Below, piece by piece: positions 47,679 to 64,000 of a stretch of DNA of 64,000 nucleotides. The translations under genes were made by a program, and so were the position numbers. Positions within the stretch are counted from its first letter, which is position 1; each line of letters starts with the position of its first letter. The notes beneath the pieces were generated by a model that saw nothing but the letters and a program-made list of their open reading frames with translations, was not told the DNA's origin and made no database searches. This DNA comes from Paraspadella gotoi (lineage: Eukaryota > Animalia > Chaetognatha): contig CM119266.1 in the NCBI GenBank assembly GCA_051294375.1, forward strand, positions 14,426,755 to 14,490,754, given 5' to 3'.

Positions 47679-50600
47679 ATGCGACCCATTTCATCATCGC
47701 ATAAATTTTCACATATGCTATTGTCACTATTGTCGATAATAGCTTTTACAATATCGCATACAGCAAAGGTTTCCCAAAATTCTTTTAATAAATGGGAAAC
47801 TCGGGATTCCTTTCTCGATAGATTAAGCCGACTGTTGGAAGAGGTATGTACTTTGTTAAAAAAGAAAAGTGTAATATAATATGCAGAAAGTCAAGATTTT
47901 ACATATTTACAGACCTTTAAAAAGAAAAAGAGGACACCAAAAAACATTAGGAAAATAAATCATGTTAGATTCCTTTAAAACGAAAGACATTATAAGTGAA
48001 TAATATTCATGGAAAAACATGGATTTAACATTTCAAAATCTACATTTATCATCCAAAAATCTTTATAATGTGTGCGTAAAATGTGCGCAATTTAAGTTTG
48101 AAAAGTGTACTATTTTTGGGGGGTCACAGGTCTGTATATTAATAATAATATATAAATATTAATATGTAATTTTAGGGAAAGCGGGAGAAGTCATTTAACG
48201 AAGATGACTCAAAAATTTTCATTTCCGGTAATGACCAAGACATTCGTCATTCAATTCGGGTTTCTACGAGAGACAAAGGGGGGCAATTAGGTAATCACTT
48301 ATCACTAATCATTGATCATGAACAGTCTTGTAATAAAGAATATTGATATATAAAAATTTATTTTTTTTAATTTCTCAATTTTCGCATTAGCCCATATTTA
48401 TACATAGTACTCACCATAAAAAATGTCAAAATTTTTAAATTGTTTTTTCTTAGTTTTGAAAGCAGATTCGAAGTCCTCATAAAAAGTTGATAAAAAAAAA
48501 TCTTAAAAGCATAAGGGTCGTCGCAATCGCATAAGAAAAATATAGATTGACGTCAAATTTTGATCCAAAAAAAATTAAATTTGAAAAAATAAAATTAATT
48601 TATAAACAGAAAGAAAAATTATATTTTGCGCTTTGAGAAAAACAAATTTATAAACAGAAATTACCGAGGAAAATTAAAGTTAGTTTCTGAAAAAAAAACA
48701 AAAAAACCTTTTTCATTGTCAAAAAATTAACTTATCAGCAGACGCAGCCCCTGAGAAAAAAAAAACGGAATAAAAACCCGATGTTGCGATAGCAAAATGA
48801 TAAAATGCCTGAGTGCGATGCCTAATTTAACGATTTCAATCCTAATTCAATTTTTTTTTAATAAAAACGCAGAGAAAGAAAGAGAAAAAAAGAAAGAAAT
48901 CAAAAGGCAGAAGCAGCAAGAGAAAAGAGAGAAAAAGAAAGAGCCCCTGCAGAGCCAGCTGCAGAGAAAGAAATCGAAATGCAGCAGCAGAAGCAGCAGG
49001 AGAAAAGAGAAAAAGAATAAGACCCTGCAGAGCCAGCTGCAGACTCGTTTTTTTCCCCCTATGAACCAGTGACTAGGGAAAAGAGAGAGGGAGAGAGACA
49101 TGTAATTAAAAGAAAAAAAAGAGAGAAAAAGAAATATAAAAATAAAAGAAAAAATTTGTTTGTTTTGATAAAATGTAAACAAAACATATTTAATAACTGT
49201 CCAGACTCAATTTTAAGTACATCAATGATAAGAAACTGTATATAAATTTTCAGCTTCATACACCCAAATTTAATCATAAAAAAGGCGATCTATAATTTGG
49301 AACGCCGACGACGACAATGACGCCACTTATGCGCAAAAGCGTTACAATAGCGTTTGCGACGATAAAAAAGAGAGAGAGAGAAAAAAAAGATAGAGAGAAG
49401 CTGGACAGCCGCTGCAGAGCTTAACTCGTTTTTAGACGAATGAGAAGAAGCAGCGAGGGGGAAAAAAGAGCGACATATAATTAAAAGAGATAAGAGAAAA
49501 AATTTGCCTGACGACTAGTCGACTACGACGACAACTACGGTCACAAGGACGAACGCCTGTCAAGTAAGGCGTAGTGAAAGTTACATACGAAAATTCTAAA
49601 AGTCAATTAGGAACAACATACCATCAGTGAACATTAATTTGTAAAAAAAAATAATTTTATGTTTTTTAATTTTCGCAGTAGGCTATATTTATATATAGTA
49701 CTATCCTTATAAAATCGAAAAATTTCAAAATAGGCTTTTCTTAATTTTGATTGCAGATTTGAATTCCTCGTCAAAAGTTGATAAAAGAAAATATAATTCA
49801 TTTTTAAAAATTCTTTCATTAAGTGGGTTAAAAATTAAAAAAACTATATTTAATATATAAAAAGTTAATTTTCAGTTTAAAATATAGCTTTTTCTAATTT
49901 CTGACCCACTTAATGAAGGAATTTTTCAAAAAGAGTTATATTTCTTTTTATCAACTTTTTATGACGAAACCAAATCTGCAAAAAAATCTTAGAAAAAACT
50001 GTTTTGAAATTTTAACATTTATTGGTTTAGTATTAGTATAAATATGGCCTACTGCATAAATTGTAAAATTTATTATAAATTTTTTTTATACATAAATGTT
50101 TATAAGTATAATGTTATTCGTTCCTCACTTTTAGAATTTTAATTAAAGTTAAACTTAGGAATTTTACTACGCCTTACTGTCAAGTCAAGGTCACAAAGAA
50201 GCAGAGGCGAATCAAAATCACGTACGTATAAATATTGGCAAATGCAAAAAATAATTTTTTTAAAAATTATATTTATTAAGTTCATGATCTACTATTCGAA
50301 TTTTGATTCCACTTGATTTACATAATTTTCCTACGCTTTACTAATCATCCAATCTGTATTAACAAGGTCCCATCTGAGAATTTTTATATGATTTTTAGTT
50401 AAAAACACGAAAGCTGTTTCGCTTTCTCCGGCCGCGTTTCCCACAAGGCCAAACCTGATGAGAAATTCGCATAAAACGGCAAAGGCGAATCGCTTAGCCG
50501 GACATGGCAACTACAGGGGAAAACGACGCTTTATCTGTCCACCAATGACCAGAGCAACAAAATCAAGACGAACAGGAAATCCGGCGGTGACTATCAAGGT

Positions 50601-50945
50601 GAGGTTATAATGGCGTGAGGATATGCTTATGGTCGTTAAGGTGAATGGAATCGAAAAGACGGCATTACGATTTCCTCCCGAGCCAAAAAATTAATGAAAT
50701 TAAATTAAAAACAGTTTAACAACTGGTCCGAAATCCCGGCGCAATTGGTGTGGATAGATTACCAGGGCGGTCGTCGAAACATGGGGCCGCCTATTTCTCC
50801 TGGGGGAACAAAGGTGATGAGGACTTCCCCTGGTCGCGTTTACGCTGCTTATGCTGTTCGGGGAGGTAACTACAGATTGATGATCAATTACAAATGCTTG
50901 TGGTACGTTTCCAACGACGACAACTTTGCAGCCATAACAGAGTAG
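47679..50945 (+). CDS. Putative secreted precursor with C-terminal VHL beta domain (5 exons, ~253 aa)
   Basis: Exons 47679-47843, 47913-47963, 48176-48290, 50399-50598 and 50715-50945 join in phase with GT-AG. C-terminus AVTIK|FNNWSEIPAQLVWIDYQGGRRNMGPPISPGGTKVMRTSPGRVYAAY..RLMINYKCLWYV follows the pVHL beta-domain pattern (F-x-N-x-S..VWLNFDG..LPPG..SY-x-GH-x-W..LLVN). Confidence 0.72.
49565..50176. mobile_element. Foldback MITE with 8-bp TSD (hAT-like)
   Basis: Ends TAAGGCGTAGT / ACTACGCCTTA; TSD CTGTCAAG at 49557-49564 and 50177-50184; interior is a long imperfect inverted repeat. Related fragment near 48340-48500. Confidence 0.85.
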
Positions 50946-52136
50946 GAAAATAAATTTTTTACACACGTTTTCAAAACAAGTCCAAACAAGTACTAGTCAT
51001 CAAAATTCAAATTTAAATAGTAAAATTTAAATATAGTTATTCTATATCTGATTTAATTTATTTGGTTATGCTAATGTGATTATTGAAATTTGTAATGTGA
51101 AAATCTTAATATTTTAGCTATATTATATATAACTATATAACTATATATAACTCATATATAGTTAACTCTGTATATTGCCTGTCTGTAATTCAAAATGAAA
51201 ATATAATTTTGCAATTCACCGGCTAAACACTTCGAAGAATTTTAACGAACTTTAATAAAAACAAAGACAACAGCGAATGAGTACGTTAATAAGGCAGAGA
51301 CCAGATAAATCAAGCTTGAAAGGCAAAGAAACTAATGGAATACATAATTGACTAACCAAGTTTTTATTCGAAAAGAGCTGGATGCATAATTTGATGACCG
51401 GAGGCTCAGAAAAATATCAATAAAAATTGTTTTCAACTTTTTCTCGTTTAAAAGAAAAAGAATCCTAAATATCATCGTAGCTCTTGGAGATTTAAATATC
51501 AAAAGAACAATCATTAAAGGAAAAAGTAATAAAAACATTGCCTAATAACAAATTGAATAAGCTTAAGAATATTCTATATTCTTTGTAATAGGTAACATTA
51601 AATTAGTTAAGTCACTTTATAGCAATTTGACTTCTAATATAAACATTTACATATTTTTTTAGTCAAATAGCTGTTCAAATGTAATAGTAAAATGTCGATC
51701 TTTGCATTTACTCAAGTTGATTAGTTCCAATAAAAACCTAATTTTTAACAATTCTGGAAGATATTCATTCAACGAATCAACGTAAATATAAAATATAATA
51801 AAAAGTCTCATTGATGAAAATATATCAAAATATAAGAATCATACACTAACGCCGAGGCACTTGATCGTTGAACATTATGGCCAATATTTTTATAGCGCTA
51901 TATATTAACGAAACATTCGACAATTTAAAACAATTTTATCACAGTAATAAGATCAAGAATCTATACAATCCATTTCTGATAAGCATGTGAAAAAACCACA
52001 GAATAAATTAATACCATGATCTGAAACAAACCCTATTTGAAAAGTTTTCGATTACATAAACGAATGCTAAAATTGGGCATGATATGAAAATAACGTTGCG
52101 AAAAACAAAAAAACAAACAAAAATCAAACGTGATAC

Positions 52137-60095
<7,959 letters not shown>

Positions 60096-63000
60096 CGTTA
60101 TTGTTGTGGTCGTCTCCTTGACTGGAATCGAAAACAATATGTACAGATTTACTTTTCATAAACCACTACCGGAGGTGGAAAGGAAATGAAAAAACTTTCC
60201 CAGGAAAATTTACATAACGAAAAAAAATAAATTCAATGATTGTATGCGCTAACCTGAGAAAACTGAAGATAGTGCATTACATAGTTGCGGTTGGGTAAAT
60301 CCGGGCAGTTTTTCCCCCCCTTCTTTTTTTAAGAAATTGAATTTTGAGTTTTCTTTCCGCTTGAATTGAAGGAAATAAAAATTCTCAAATCAGAGAGTTT
60401 ACAGTCGGTTTGGTTTTTCAAAGAAAGATTTGCTTCAAGGCGGTTATGAGTAGGTGGGTATAGAACGGACGGAGAATACGAGTAATGGAGAATGTGAGAT
60501 TAGAAAAATGATAGAAGTTGAAAAGGAGGCTAAAAGGCTCGTCGTTATCGAAGATGAAACCCTCGTCTTAGATTTTTCGACCTTGAGGGGCCTTCTTTTC
60601 TAGGATTGGGTAGTTCAAACGCTTCGAACTTCGGACGTGGACGATGAAAAGTGGGAATTTCTTATTTTTTAAACAGAGAGAGAAAAAAACGTACTTTTCT
60701 TCTCTTCAATTTGATTAAGAAGGGCAAGTAATCCAATAATGAGGGAAGCGTAACGAGCAAAAAAAAAGTCAAGAGTCTCGATGCGCTGTAAGAGGTTTCT
60801 CTGTCTGTGCGCGGTGAATTTGTGGGGGAAGATCGGAAAAGCTGGGTCCCGGAGGCTGAACGAAGAACGAAGAGAAAGAGGCCGGTCGTGAACCGCCGCC
60901 TAATTGTCACCTCTTTCACTCTTCGTCCAAACTTCTTCGAGGTTTCAACTAATATTCTTTTTTCTTTTTTTTTGTCCTTTTTATTACTTGTGACGAGACG
61001 TTATTAACGAGAACAAATTCTCCCGCCACGAAAAGAAAGCGAAAGCCGAGAAACGCGTCAGGGGCTGAGAAGAAATTGGTTGGCGAAGATTTTACAACAG
61101 GGTCGAGCCAACGGATTTCGGCAACGCGCAATTATTTCAATCTTTATTAGCAGGTTCTGTTAGGTTATTGCAGAGTCTCATAATGAAAAGGGCAAGGCTT
61201 TTGTGTTTTAGGCGTTTTAGGTGAAGAGAGAAAATTATCCGTTAAAAGTGCGAAGGGAAACTCGTCGAAAAAAAAAACACGAAGAAACATTTGGGTATGT
61301 CTTTAACAGTTTCTCTTTCAAACTCGTCCGTCAAGTTTTCGAGGTAGAATGTATCCGATTTTAGAGGCACAAAGTCAGGAGGCAAGAATTTTCCTAAGTT
61401 TTAGATCCGGGTAAATAATTTTCCCAGCAGGTTTTCGCGAATCGGGGAAAAAGCTATGTATCGGTGATATTTGTTAACCAAATTATTACAGTTATTATAG
61501 TTGATTACGTTGACCTCAACGAATTGGGACGATAATATGCTTTTTTTTTCCTTCAAAATTGTTTCGCTTTTTTTTAGTTTTCGCTGCTGAAAGGAAAAAG
61601 TAAACAACAAAAAGATTAGTTTAACAAAAAATATAAGATCGAATGAGGTTCAAAACATTTTTTTGATGACTGACGATCGTTCGTTTTTAAAAATTGGAGC
61701 GACAGATTCGGATGAAACGTTAGGCGGTATTTTTTCGCGGTAATAATGGCTGGAGAAAGGCTTCTCGTCGATCGCTTGGCAAGAGAAAGACTCGTCAAAC
61801 TGGGTGAGTTCTAAAGAGGTGAGTCAAGCGGGACGCCTCCGAGAGAACAGAAAAATGTGGAAGAGGAAGAGGAGCATTTTTCTTATCTCGATGACGTTGA
61901 ACGAGAAAAAAAATCTCGGAGATTCCAGATCAAAGATAGAAAAGGGGAAAATGTATTCCACTCGAGTCAAAGTTCTTAAGGGTTTATTTTTTATGAAATT
62001 GGTACAACCAATATTTATACTTGAAGAGAAAGTCAAAGAAAGAGACAGTTGAGAGAAGTTTCGAAAGTTTAAAAAAAATTTACGCATTTTTTTCTAAAAT
62101 TAACACTTGCAAAATTCCTATTAAAGACGATTAGCAATGAGAAGATGAGCAAAATAAACTGAACTAAATAACGTTGTAAGGGGTGAAAAATTAAACAAAA
62201 TTGTAACCACTGTAACCGAGTTTTTTTCTGATTTTACCGAACTAAAGCTTTCTTACCAAGAATTACAGAAATTGAAAAGTAGAAGGAAAGTTGCGAAATG
62301 GAAAGAAAATTATGACAAATTGTCGACAAAGGTTCACGAGTAACCAAAAAAATAAAAAACAAGACATTAAATAATAAATATAGAAAAAATAAAAATGGGA
62401 TAAAACTTAAGTGACCCGTAAAAAGCAGACAACCTTTAACACTCGAAGCCCATGACCTTGAGCGGAGTATTTGTTCCTGATTGTCATCCAATCGAATTTC
62501 CGAGGTCGAAGGATTCGAGCTATTGATGTTTTGGCAGCCGAGCAGACAATCCCTTCACGCTAACTTGAGCAGAGGAAACAGTGAATCCTCACCGATTAAA
62601 CTTAAAGATATTCATCGATGAATGGCGATTTTTGTACGCAAAAGTATAACGGAAAAACTTCGGTTTTCAAATCATTTAAAAAGTTTCGGACGAAAAAACC
62701 CTCAATAAGACAATGAGAATGATAGAAATATCATAATAAAAGGGTTATCATGAAGTTGGAGATTGGCCCGAAATTGATAATCACAAAACTACCGAGGGAA
62801 GAGACGGCAAAGAGAGAGAGAGAGAGAGAGACGAAGGTCTGACGGAAGCCGGACGATTGTCCACGTGACCATAGTATGCGGAAGTCGACCCACCATGAAA
62901 AATGCAGGTCGAAACTATAATCGCGAATTTGTACAATTTGAAAGGGAGAAAAGGGATCGCCCTCGTGAAAACATCCGTTAAAACAAAATCGTGACAATAA

Positions 63001-64000
63001 ATAATCCACCACCTTCGTTTTCATAAGCGGCTTTCCAAAACCACTAAGACATTTGGTAAAAATTAAAAAAATGTTTTTTCTAAGAAAAAGAGGGTCGCTT
63101 TTCCTTCCCTGATCGATAATCACTACAAGAGTGATGTGAAAAAATACGTAAATTATAGTAAATTAAAATTTAGCAAATATGACATGAAAATAAAAACGCA
63201 ACAAAAGTTCATAATAAAGTATCATTTTTCATACTTTTTAAAATTTCAGTTATTAAATTTTAATTATCTAATAATCAAGTCTTTAAACTATAGTACTTTA
63301 GAGTTATGAATGTCGGCTCTCAATGATCGATATATGTCATTCTGTTTTCTTGCTACTTCCTAAGTCGTTGGGTTTTTGTTAATGTTAGGACTCATTTTTG
63401 GTCTCTTCTATCCTTCTTCAATTTCTCACATTAAGAGAAACTAACAAGAAGAAAAAGAAAAAAAAACAATTCGAAAAACGATAATAAAACCGAGAATCGT
63501 TGGGGAAAAGACGTCGGATTGTTTGGGAGGAGACAAAGACCAGACGTGAATGTAGAATTTTTGGCGCCCCCCCATCATCTTTTTGTTCGCGGTTTTCTCG
63601 AGAGTCAAGGCAGAAAAAAAACAAGATTGGCGAGTGGCGATTATCATGTATCGACGGGGGAAAACATTGAAAGAATTCGAAAGGGTTGAAGAAGAGGCTT
63701 GTGGAGGGAATAAACCAGGGATGTGCGTCGTACGTAGAAATATTTCCTAATTTGAACAGCAATTTCATCAAAATACCAAAAATTTGTTGACAAAAATTAA
63801 TCAGGCGATTAATTCCTTCCTTTATTTTTCTTTCAAGCTCTAGTTTTTCGAGAATACCCTTTGTTGTTTTGGTTGGAAGCAAAAATTCCGTCGAAGCGAA
63901 AGACGGAGGAGAGTCAGAGAATAGAATAGAAATCGAATTGAAAAATCTTTAATACCGGCTGGGAAGAAAAATATTTTATTCATAGAAAGCGAATTCGAAC

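Noticed and set aside
60600-64000. Short ORFs upstream of Par-3
   Set aside because: No coding signature; probably 5' intron or regulatory sequence.

Overview
Gene-dense eukaryotic genomic window, most likely an invertebrate metazoan; the species cannot be identified from sequence alone. It has short AT-rich introns, GC-rich exons, (GA)n microsatellites and two assembly gaps. All gene models are manual splice reconstructions and family calls rest on recalled motifs, not database searches. Recognisable genes: an adenosine kinase-like PfkB gene with an apparent frameshift, two tandem DEG/ENaC channels, synaptotagmin-14/16, an intron-containing noggin, a replication-dependent histone H1 with a 3' stem-loop, TTC16, a LicD/fukutin-like transferase and Par-3/Bazooka. 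The most unusual items are (i) a FoxK-like gene with two tandem forkhead domains and no recognisable FHA domain, (ii) a signal-peptide/prohormone-like precursor ending in a stand-alone VHL beta domain, (iii) a secreted precursor releasing His/Gly-rich peptides at basic sites, (iv) a ~250-nt multi-hairpin dispersed element with structure-preserving substitutions, and (v) relaxed splice signals (GC donors, a candidate GG donor, poly(A)-AG acceptors). Several non-autonomous mobile elements are also present.
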